Assembly (NCBI GenBank): GCA_002633005.1
Contig: NMRA01000083.1
Span: 587,161-651,160 of the forward strand
Direction: 5' to 3'
Source: Phoronis australis
Lineage: Eukaryota; Animalia; Phoronida
DNA: 64,000 bases
Position 1 is the stretch's first letter, and every line of letters begins with the position of its first letter. The notes beneath the pieces were generated by a model that was not told the origin of the DNA, made no database searches, and saw only the letters and a program-made list of their open reading frames with translations. This document shows, piece after piece, positions 29,301-41,300 of the stretch. The translations under genes were made by a program, and so were the position numbers.

Positions 29301-32300
29301 GTATTTACGTAATCATTGTTGTTCTTTAGTGATACCATTCTCACTCAGAGTGTCTTCCCAATACATCAATTACTTTCTAATAACAATCAACTTACCCATG
29401 TTTATTTATAATTGTTAAAACATCTTTCCAGTATTTGACCGTGAGTTAGGCAAGTTTGAGTGTCCATTGTTTGTGCAACAGCAGTGGTCAAGCCCTCCTT
29501 CTCATAGACTGGAGCTGCATAAGAGGAGAGGCATTCAGATCAAGGTATGATTAAATGGACATTTAAGGTTATGTAGGACCATAGAAAACTTTCCAAATTT
29601 GACGAACTTCTTCGAAACATCACATCTCAGAAATGGCTGATTGGATTCATATAAAACTCGGATACTATGCTTTGTGCTCTGTTTTCCAAAGGTCTGTTAG
29701 GAATTGTTTTTAAAATGTTCTACTTTTGCATAAGGGGCTATCAAAATGTAGGACTTTATATGATTTTTGTGAAAAAAAAATGTAAAGTTGCATAAAACAA
29801 AATTGAAATGAGCGTTTTTGATGTCTCATCTTGAGCACTTATTTCAAAGTTATAGTTGTGTTGATATTATGGTAAACACACATACTTGTCAATAAAGGGC
29901 CCACATGACCTTAATAAGCAGACAGGGAAGACTTATATGGAGAAATGCACTCTCTGTGCTACGTAGTGATAGACAGCATTGAGGTTTTTATTGATGAAAG
30001 AGTGTGCATGCTTTTGAAATCGCAAGTTGCTAACAGCAAGTGGCTTCACTATAGATATATTTGCAGCTATTTTGGTTCTAAAGTATTTCTGTATAGTTTG
30101 TGTGATATTGTATTAAAAGTGTTTACGTCTAAGACTAAACAAAATATAATAATTGATTCTGGCTCAAACCAGATGCAATTATGCTATTTTTAGCCTTAGC
30201 AATTAAGCGCAAGAGATGTAAAAATACATTCAATCACACAATTTTGGAATCTGCTTTTTCTCAGTGCAATGTAGTCCAGAGTTTTTTTAGTAGCAGAGTG
30301 CGGAATGGTTTAAGACAAAATGTTGAGGAACAGATTTTTATACTGAAAAATGTCTCTGTTTATTTTATCAACATTTTACAAGTCTTGTGAGGTCACGTCT
30401 TAATTATGTCTTCATCCAGGTAGTGTATCACATTAGTGGTATGAGACAGAGAGGGAAGTCCTTCAGTCTCTCTGATAGATCAACGTCAGAAGATGCCTTG
30501 AAGACTGCTCTGAGAAAAATAAGACTGAGACATGTGGATGCAACTCTGTTCTGTTTAATGCAAATTAATAAAGAAAATGGCGGTACGTTGAACAAGGTTA
30601 CTTTCAGAAGTTGACTGTGGACTTAGTTTAAAGGGAGCTGTGATTTGTTATATAATAAATTAATTACTGGATTTAATCATCCACACGCAATCACAAAGCG
30701 TAGCTACCTTTTAATCTAAACCCATAGTCAACTTCTGACAGTCACCAGGGGGCAGTTGATGTCATAGCTTCTCAACTTCTCAAATTCATTTGATTTTAAA
30801 TTGTGTTCCATAATCAATAGAAGTTTAATAGAAGTATGGCAATNGCTCTGGTGACAAGTATTGTAGATTTACAGTTTTGGCAATCTTACAAGAGGTAATA
30901 AAATGACAAAATTTTTGTATTTACCTTAACTCGGAAATATTTCCTCTCAATTTTTGTTTAAATAAGAATAATTAGTGTTAAATATTGGTCAATTTTTAGC
31001 TGAATTATGATTCTAAAGGGAGCGAAATTGGTTTTTAATCAATAGTAAATGTAAAAGATAATACGTTATCATTGTCGTTCTTTAGTGATACCATTCTCAC
31101 TCACAGTGTCTTCCCAATACATCAATAAGTCTTATGTTTTTAATAACAATCAACTTACCCGTGTTTATTTATAATTGTTAAAACATCTTTCCAGTATTTG
31201 ACCGTGAGTTAGGCAAGTTTGAGTGTCCATTGTTTGTGCAGCAGCAGTGGTCAAGCCCTCCTTCACATAGACTGGAGCTGCATAAGAGGAGAGGCATTCA
31301 GATCAAGGTATGATTAAATGGACATTTGAGGTTATGTAGGACCATAGAAAACTTTCCAAATTTGACGAACTTCTTCGAAACATCACATCTCAGAAATGGC
31401 TGATTGAATTCATATAAAACTCAGATACTCTGCTTTGTGCACTGTTTTCCAAAGGTCTGTTAGGAATTGTTTTTAAGATTTTCTACTTTTGCATAAAGGG
31501 CTATCAAAATGTAGGACTTTTATATGATTTTTTGAAAAAAAAATGTAAAGTTGCATAAAAATGAAATTGAAAATAGTGGTTTTGAGGTCTCAGCTTGAGC
31601 ACTTATTTCAAAGTTATAGTTGTGTCAGGGCTTGGAATTTTCCGCGGAAACGCGGATTTCCGCTTTTTTCAAGTGTTCTGTCCGCGCATTTTATTATATT
31701 TCCGCGTAAAAACAAATCGGATTTTATATAAAATTTCCGCGGCAAATTCCTTTCTTACCGCGGCGTTGCAGACGACGTTCACCTCGAAAAGCGGAAGTTG
31801 CTCTTTATGTTTCGGAGGAACGTAAATTGTCAACATTGCCGAGGCATCTGGGTAAGCGTTGTGGGATTTTCAATGGCGTCTCGTGTTACTGTAAACCGCG
31901 GCGACAAAGACTACGGCTCTGCAGCCAAAAATGTGTGGGTTGGGAGTGGAATGACGAGCTAAAAGGACGCAGACGCATGCTAGTGATGGTGGTAATGTTT
32001 TTTTTTTCTTTTTTAGTCCTCCTGATTTTTGTCGGGGAAAGGTTTACATCGACCATTTCAAGGCTGGGTAGCGTGCATGTTTTGGGCCGTAAAAGTTTCC
32101 GCGTTTTTTGTCATTAGTCATTCCAAGCCCTGTTGTGTTGATATTATGGTAAACACACATACTTGTCAATAAAGGTCTCACATGACCTTAATAAGCAGAT
32201 GTGCAAGTTGCTAACATCAAGTGGCTTCACTATAGATATTTTTGCAGCTATTTTGGTTCTAAAGTATTTCTGTACAGTTTGTGTGATATTGTATTAAAAG

Positions 32301-35300
32301 TGTTTACATCCAAGACTAAACAAAATAGGATAATTCATTCTGGCTCAAACCAGATGCAATTATGCTATTTTTAGCCTTAGCAATTAAGCGCACAAGGTGT
32401 AAAAATACATTCAGTCACAGAATGTTGGAATCTGCTTTTTCTCAGTGCAATGTAGTCCAGAGATTTTTTAGTAGCAGAGTGCGGAATGGTTTAAGCCAAA
32501 ATGTTGAGGAACAGATTTTTATACTGAAAAATGTCTCTGTTTATTTTATCAACATTTTACAAGTCTTGTGAGGTCACGTCTTAATTATGTCTTCATCCAG
32601 GTAGTGTATCACATTAGTGGTATGAGACAGAGAGGGAAGTCCTTCAGTCTATCTGATAGATCAACGTCAGAAGATGCCTTGAAGACTGCTCTGAGAAAAA
32701 TAAGACTGAGACACGTGGATGCAACTCTGTTCTGTTTAATGCAAATTAATAAAGAAAATGGCGGTACGTTGAACAAGGTTACTTTCAGAAGTTGACTGTG
32801 GACTTAGTTTAAAGGGAGCTGTGATTTGTTATATGATAAATAATTACTGGATTTAATCATCCACACGCAATCACAAAGCGTAGCTACCTTTTAATCTAAA
32901 TCCATAGTCAACTTCTGACAGTCACCAGGGGGCAGTTGATGTCATAGCTTCTCAACTTCTCAAATTCATTTGATTTTAAATTGTGTTCCATAATCAATAG
33001 AAGTTTAATAGAAGTATGGCAATTCTATTTAGCTCACAAATATGGCAGATTCTGCTTTGTCAAAATTTACAACTAACATGAGGATTACCAAAATTTTAGT
33101 TGATTAACATAGCTGGTGTTGGGCAGATTTTAGAAAAACAGAAAAACAACTTTTGGTTTAGTTTTCTTTATTTGCTGCAAGTTAATTATCCTTTGAAAAA
33201 CAGAAGAGTGAGAATTTTTCTAGTTATTTTGGGTAAAATAACTGAAGAATTACTGAACCCTGATTTGTAAAAACTTTTGGCCCACATGTCCATTGACCTT
33301 TTCAAGGAGGGATGGGTCAAGAGGACATATTTACTATGAACTATAGACTCATAACTGTCACTACTGAGAGATGACTGAATGTTTCAGGATGCAATGTCAT
33401 GTAGATCGAAGCATGCTTTTTGTAGGAACTCAATAAACTTAGCACATTGAGTGCACTTTCAGACTTTGGGAGGTAAATCTTGCTTGACATGTCCAATCTT
33501 AAGTTAAGGGGGTCTGTTGTGTACTTTACAGATATAACACACATTGAAGAGGAAGATATCATTGTCAGCTTGCCTTCTGATTGTTTTGTGCTCTGTGATC
33601 AAGTCAACAGAGAGTCCCTGTGTGAAGACAGACAAGTTACAGAAAGTGTAACAAGGTAACAATGCCCACATTGTACGCTCCACATTTTCCATGTCATCTA
33701 TGCCATGGTTGCCACGGTTTACCCCCATAGAGGATGTCATCCATGTAATATTTTCACCCGGATTGACATCATTAGGCTTTTCCTACTGAATATAAATGTT
33801 TCCCTCGGATATGTTATGAAAGTTTCCTACACGTAACACGCGGCACTCCCTTGGACAGGGGGCGCTATAACCTCCCTCGTTCATTGCAAATACAACAACC
33901 TCAGTTTTCACCCGTCTTCTTTCCTTAGCCAGTCCATCATTTTGAATACTGTTGGCATCTCCAGGCTTGTTATTATTGCACGCTTTCATTTGGTGCTTTT
34001 CTGGGACTTTGCGATGCTTGCAGTTTCATTTTTGTTGTAGGTCATTTTAAGTGTTTATGAGAAGACATTAGATTGAGAATGCCAAGGTGGTATATGAAGT
34101 AGGAAACCTCCTGGTTTCTGTGAATAGTTATACACATATTTGACCATACCGATACATTTATTTTTAAATTAGCTTTTGGACAGTGTGGTTGAATTGAAAA
34201 GTTTCTAGGAAAGCAGTCAAAAGATGTGACTTCACTTCACTGTTGACCTTTATTTGTTTTTGCAGTGTTGTGAGAAGAAATTCATCACTTGTGTCGCATG
34301 GTTCAACACTGTCAGGGAATTCTATTGTAAGTCATTTTGAACGGGGAGATTTTGGTATTTCATGATTTTTGATCAATTAGTAACGTGGTGTTTTCATGTT
34401 GAAGTATATAATTGTAAAGGATTTCAGGAAAGGTTTGCCAGAACTATGAAATAATATCATAGTAGAGAGATTTCGCAGATGTACAGTATATTGAATATGT
34501 ATTCGTAAAAGAGATCATGCCGAGATGTACACAGGTTAGCTAACCTGCTGAGGTGGCCCCACATGACGTGCCATTACCAAGTAGGCTGTTGGCATTAAAA
34601 TAACAATCCATGTAATATGTTTACCACTCTTGCACCGGAGGAAAAAAATGCAATCTTTAGAAAACGCATGCTTTTTCTTCACGTCATGCATTTTAGGTGA
34701 ATACATTTTTCTGTTGTCTAATCTTGACTTGTCTGTGTTGCTGTTGAATCAGAGATGAACAGTTTCACGTGGCAATGGAAAAGGATGACGAGGAGCTGCT
34801 ATACTTAAAGTAGTAGCAACACTTATTAGTCTAGTTTTTGTGGAAGTGTAAGCATTCAGTGCAATTGTATTTTAAAATGGCAACGTCATTTTCCACTGCA
34901 AAGCAGTGTGGCATTGACATCTGGTAATTTCAATGATTAAAGTGCAAGGTTTCTTAAGGGCCTTTCATACCAACGTCAATGGGTCGATGGTTTGGGGAGT
35001 TGCGGTCAGTATGAATGTTTAACTTGAAGTTCGATCCTGGATCAAAGTTAACAGCTCTAATTAACATTGCAGTTAACAGGTGGATTTAACAGCACAGCGT
35101 CGATGCTGTGGTGCTGTATGAATGGTCAACTTCTGTTCCATCGAAGTTATCGCCAGGTGCCACTGTTATCGTCAACAATTTAAGGGTAGTGTAGTCGGTA
35201 ATAGTTGCTTATATTTTGCTCGAAAAATGACCAATCGAATTAAAAATAGGTTTTATGTCAATTAGCACTTGTAAAAGTTTCCAAATTATCACATTGAAAA

Positions 35301-38300
35301 ACCTTAGCATACAGTGCTACCTTGTGATTACTTCGATGGCAACAGCATCACCAGCCATTTACTTCGATGTCCGTTAACTACAGAAGCCAGTATGAACGAT
35401 TTAGTTTATGTCGCAGTTAACGTTGATGCTCCGCTTAGACTGGAGTTAAATCAGTATGAAAAGGCCTTTAAATATTTGTGCTGTAACCATGTGTGGTGGC
35501 TTAAAGTAGAAGTATGAAAATATAACACCAGTTCCCCATAAAACAGCACAATGTACCTCAAGCCAGTCATTGATGAATATAGATAACGTTTAAGGAATAC
35601 AAATCAGTTCATAGGTATTGAACAGTCAGGGAGATAAGCTGATTATAATGGATCCACGCCACGGTCATGTGCACAGGTGGTCACTCTAAATGATGGGAAT
35701 AACATTTTTTGTGACAATGCTGATCCATTGAATTTCTCTGTCCTCAATTTAGAGCAAATTATATTCATTTCAAATCACCATCTCACAAAGATCAAATTTC
35801 AGTGCTTAATATAGTGACACATGACTTTAATCTCGCCTAAAAACCTTAAAACCGTATTCAAATTGACAGAACAAAAAGTTTTTGGAGTGTGGTATCTTGC
35901 TGAATTGAAGCAGACAATTAAGGGTTCATCATAACTACACACAGAGTGTGATGAGGTATCCTTCGAGCTAAGGTAACCAGTCATCTGCAAAATCTCTATG
36001 GTAATAATTAGGTGTTATGCTTGATGTATACACCAGTGTTTAAATTTGTGCCTTATGGAAGGTTCGTTATATTGACACTTTTCAAAGGCTTGCTACATTG
36101 TTGCAAAATGACAGTTTTTGCCAAATATTGATAGATGAAAGATGCAGAAACGAATGATATTGATGATGAAGATGTGTCAAGGATCAAAACATCTCAGATT
36201 ATGACCTCTGAGACTGTTTCATGTTGACGTATGAACTCTGCCAGTTAATAGAGGTTGTTTTCTTTTGGTCCTTTTTTCACTGTGTGTTGAGGAATTGCCG
36301 AGTGTATAAATATCTGTATTTCCACCACACTGTGTCTAAAACTGAGGCAGCTTCACCTTATGTGTTGTGGAGTAAACCTTTATTATTTTAAACTGCCTTA
36401 TGGTTATGAAATTTTGAAGTGAACTCACATTTCAAGTCACTAACAATTTTGAATAAACTTAATTGCCATTGTTCATCTTTTTCATTTTTCAAAAGTTTCT
36501 AACATTTTTATGCGCCCACATATTTATATGTGGACGCATTATGCCGTCATCTCTGTCCGTCCGGCCGTCCGTCCGTCCGGCCGTCCGTCCGTCCGTCCGG
36601 GCGGCGTCCGTCCGGCGTCCGCTGCTCTATCTCCAAAACCCTTTGACATACATTCATGAAATTTGGCACATATGTTCCATTCATGAATGGGACGGCATGT
36701 GCGAACTTTCGGATGGATCCGACTACCGGTGTGCCCCCTAGTGGCAATTTTAGTTTTTTACGCTTACCTTTGTATCTTCAAAAGTCCTGAACGGATTTTC
36801 ATGAAATTTGATATGTAGGCACCTAGTAGTGAGATGACGCTATCCTGCCGTTTTCGGATGGATTCGACATAGTTTGCGCCACCTAGTGGCCATTTTTACT
36901 GTTTTCGAGTCTGTTTTTGTGCTTCCACCCCTCTATCAACCAAACCGCTCGAAGGATGATTGTGAAAATTGGCATGTATGTGCTTACTATGTAGAGGACG
37001 GTTGACGATGATTTTCCGACGATTTCGACTNTGGTATAGACGTTAAAATATGATAAAGCATTTGTTTAGTACTACTGATCTTTTTGGAAATAAATTCCTC
37101 ATGTCCAATATACTCAGTGACCTAAATTAGTGAGGTTTTACAATTAGCACTAGCCACTATGTGTAAAGTGTATTTAAACCCGTTTTATTAGACACCACAT
37201 TCCAGGACACCTCTACTGCAGTCTTAATGACCTGTTCATCAATGAACCAATAACATCTCACTTGTGTCCTGCTTCACATTGTAGGGTAGTGCTAACAGTT
37301 TAGCGTCATCCAGCTCTGGTGGCCTGTCACCAAGGCTACACAGTACTGCAGAAGGACAGGTAGGCCCTCTGTTGCGTTATTACTAGTCCTGACATCAGCA
37401 GGGTTTTAAGCAACCCGTGGGTGCTCCCATAGATGAGGTATATGGGAGGTTCTACTCTGGTGGTTGACTTTCACAACTAGTTTACCGGCAACCTGGTACT
37501 TTTTGACAAGGTTTGCTATGATTGGGTGCTTTTCCAATTTAATTCCCAACGACAGGATCCACTTTGAATGTTCAAAAGTTCCTTTTTCCAAGTGGAAATT
37601 TTTACAAAAAGGTTTTAACATTACCTGTGTTTTTGAAACTGTGGGCATGGGTATCCTATTTTTCCCGCTGCATCCCTGTCATAAATATAATCCCTGTCAT
37701 AAATATAATCGAGTACCCACAGGCTAAACAACAAAAAGTTTGGTGACCCTGGTAATGTAATTTGAGGTGCATCCCCAATCACTACAATTATTACCCTCTC
37801 CCCTCTGTTGCCACCATGTTTGCCTACATTTTATGAGGCCAAGACCACGAGGCCCCTTTTTTGTTTGGAGCATTAAGCTATATAGGTTAGTTGTATTCAT
37901 ATATAATCTGACACTGCGCCAACACTTGAAAAAGAGAAATGGCCAGGCCATGTTGTCCATCAAATCCATATTTAATTGTGAAACTACACAGATGTTTGTT
38001 GTCTTTCTAGCTGCTGTTGTGTCACTTTTCAGGTGGTTGACTCAAATGAACAGAGTGCTCATAGTTCTCACACCACCGATGTGCTTGAGGATGGTTGTCT
38101 CCCCTGTAGTAGTGGTATACCACAGCAGGATCAGATGGTAAGTGTTAATGGAAACTTAATGCCAACAATAATCTGACAAAATGATGTGTGAGCGTGAGCA
38201 GAATTTTTGTTCTTGCGACAGCTGAGTGTGTTCTTAGCGCAATTCGCAATTAGAGTAGAGTGAGGCAAGATGGCCAGTTTCAGAATTATGCACGGGTCTG

Positions 38301-41300
38301 TTGATACTATGAAGCACATGTGCCATGCGCCCAAGCACTCACTTCACTTGATGCCTTTATTTGTTCAAAAACAATTTGTAGTGGTATACGTTTGTAGGTA
38401 GTCGTATGGGCTGCAAAGATTGTTGAAGATTTTCCCATTGGGAAGCCTTTTACCCCTATCCAATACCAAGTTTACCACAGGAAATATGCTATCCACTATT
38501 ACAAAGAGAAAAGAAACAAGAGGGCAGTGTGGTAACAAGACATTGCTGTTAGATGTTCATGTTAAATCGCTGTAGGTTTATAATGCATCTCCTCTAATTA
38601 CTGTTACTGTAAGTACTTAAAACTTGTACAAAATTTTTATTTTTTCAGAAAGAGCTGGCCAGCTCATTTTCCTGGTAAAAACACATAGTTTGTGAATTAA
38701 AAATGGAGTTAATTGGACTTAGTCGTTTAATTATTCTAATACAAAGTAGTTCTGCATTTCTTCAACACACAAATATCATGGAAAATGTCATCAGAATATT
38801 GCTTCGTCAAATATCAATATGGTATTGTTTTGTTTGTAATGAATATGCAGTCCTACTCACAGGCAAGCTACAGGAAGTACGTTCAACACCATTTTAATAT
38901 TTTTTGGAGTCTTGTCTAAAATGTGGAATTAATTCTTTATGGAAAGGATGTAAGTAGTGGTTACTCTCAATAAAACATAAAGCTATGCTATGTGCTGGAA
39001 GACATACACCAGCAATTTTCAATAGTGTTTCCCACTTTGTGATGAGGAGCCACAGCCCAAAACGTTTAGTTTGTACTATATATATACAGTTTTACCTTAG
39101 AATGTCTCTTTTGACAAAATAGTCTTAAAACTAGTGTGGCAGGCATCGACTGATTATTGTTCATTGCTCAGTGGAAGGTCGTGTGTTTTTATACTAAGGG
39201 TTAACTATAAGGGATTATGTTGGATTGCAAACCAATTACCTTCGTGTTATAAATCGTTAGTTATACATCGTTCGTCAAACTAACTAATTACAAAAATGCA
39301 TTAGTGTCCCTTCACTGTGATCTTAGTTAATCTCGTTTTCCTAACATAGCCGCGGAAATGTGTCGTGCTCATTTCATGTGGTAACCAAAACATTCATTAT
39401 ATCTTTTTTTTCAAGATTGATAGTTGATTAATTTGCTGTCTTTAATTTCCTTATGTCTTTTTCTCACATGTTACGTAGAGCAAGAGCACGCTCTCACCCA
39501 ATACGTAATGTGCCAATTTCCGTTCATTTTTATGGCTGCGTATTTTTGTAGCACATTGTTGATGTGGATATACGTTACCATTGTGTCAAGCTAACTCAAC
39601 AGTAGATAAGTACACTGTGATTGTCGGGTGTTGATAGAGGACTGGTAGTAAGTACAGTAGCCTCACTCTTTCACTTCTGGTAGAAGTTGCACATTTTGTT
39701 AATTTAGACCCAGAAAGTTGTTAAAAAGGTGAGATTTTGATTTTTTCCTTTTCTTTTGTCATTTCAGCCACCACAAATTCACATTTTTGTGTATGATTTT
39801 CAAAATTATATGTAATTTTTAGTCATATCGTGTCTTCCTCACAGATGGAACTTGAAATAATTAATTGACAATACTAATTTTTGGCTCACCTTTGATTCCT
39901 GTGCCAGGGTTTACAGTACTGTTTACTATTGTCAATGAGCATTCTATACTATGCATTTTTTATCTAAAATTACTGTTTTTGTGCGCAAAAAAGCCTGCTC
40001 AGTTGTGTTTACTCCAACTGAAAGCAAGTCAGTGTGTGATCATTAGTTGCTCCAGAATGATTCCCATCAGTGTCTGAATGTTCTATTTGTTTGTCATCGA
40101 TCCACATTTCACGGAGAAGACAACTAATTCATTACTACTGTAGGCTAAGTATACATGGTTGTATTTGTGTGTGTGTCACTTGCTGTTTCATGTGTCATTT
40201 TGTAAATTTTAGATATTTACATGGTGTTTAGGTACTTTTCAGTTTTATGTATGAATCAATCTCTGAGCTTTAGAGAAATTAGTTCCCCTGTGACATAACC
40301 AAAAAAAAAACAAAAGTCAGTATTGACATAATGTTTCTAGGGATTGCAAACTTCTGTTCTCTGGGCATTGCGATTGTACTCATGATATCTGGGGATCTGT
40401 TTCTTGAGGAGTGACTTGAGATTCGAGACAGAAATTTGGTCTTGAACTCCGGACATAACTATTTCTGAAAACGATGATATCTCACTGACTTGAGTAAAAA
40501 TGTAGTCTCTGAAAATATCCACATGACAGCTAGTTACTAAGGTCATTTCTATATGATATATTTCTACACAATGATGCGCTCACAGTTACTTGACTAAGTT
40601 TAACTCGGAAAATGTGAAGTGGGAGGGTAAGACTAAATATTTTTGTGAAGTCACGCTCATGGAATGGACCCTTGGGCCCACCAGTATTGTGGCACAATAT
40701 TTGTCTGAAGTCACGCTCATGGAATGGACCCTTGGGCCTACCAGTATTGTGGCACAATATTTCTCTGAAGTCACGCTCATGGAATGGACCCTTGGGCCCA
40801 CCAGTGTTGTGGCACAATATTTTACAAACCAGGCATGTTTTTCTTGTCACTGGTCAAACTGTTCTGGGCTCAATGATATACAACCACCAGATGAGTCAGT
40901 TTTATTTACTGATAACTGAAAGGACTCTGTTAATGATGTGATTTTTTATATGCTTCCACAAGTTGAGATTTAGCACTAATGGGATTTATGTGTTATCGTT
41001 ATTGTCTTACTAGCCATTAAAATACTGTAGCGATAAGAATGTTTACAAAGTAGTCAATACTCCTTGCTAGTCAATTAGTAGAACGTTTAATATTATTACC
41101 TGTGTTGTGTAGCTTGATTTTGTTTATTCTTATGGTGGTGTGCCCAAATATTATGTGGGTGCATATTGTCGTCATCTCTGTCTGGGTGTCCCATGTCTGG
41201 CATAGACTGCTGTGTCCCCTTAACCTTGTTTAGGATCTTAATGGAATTTGTCAAATGCGTTCCTGTGAAGCTGACAACAGATGACAACAACTTTCTGACT

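Larger units (their letters stand above)
29182..33023. repeat. Duplicated segment pair 29182-30843 / 30942-33023 (exons c9-c10), n at 30844
   Basis: Colinear; copy 1 ends exactly at the n. Confidence 0.9.

Noticed and set aside
39479-39504. Possible micro-exon (AG|AGCAAGAGCACG...AATAC|GTAATG)
   Set aside because: At 26 nt it breaks the frame between the phase-0 exons c14 and c15.
40530-40941. Several overlapping ORFs with repeated peptides
   Set aside because: By-product of a stop-poor 60-bp minisatellite; no splice signals fit the host gene.
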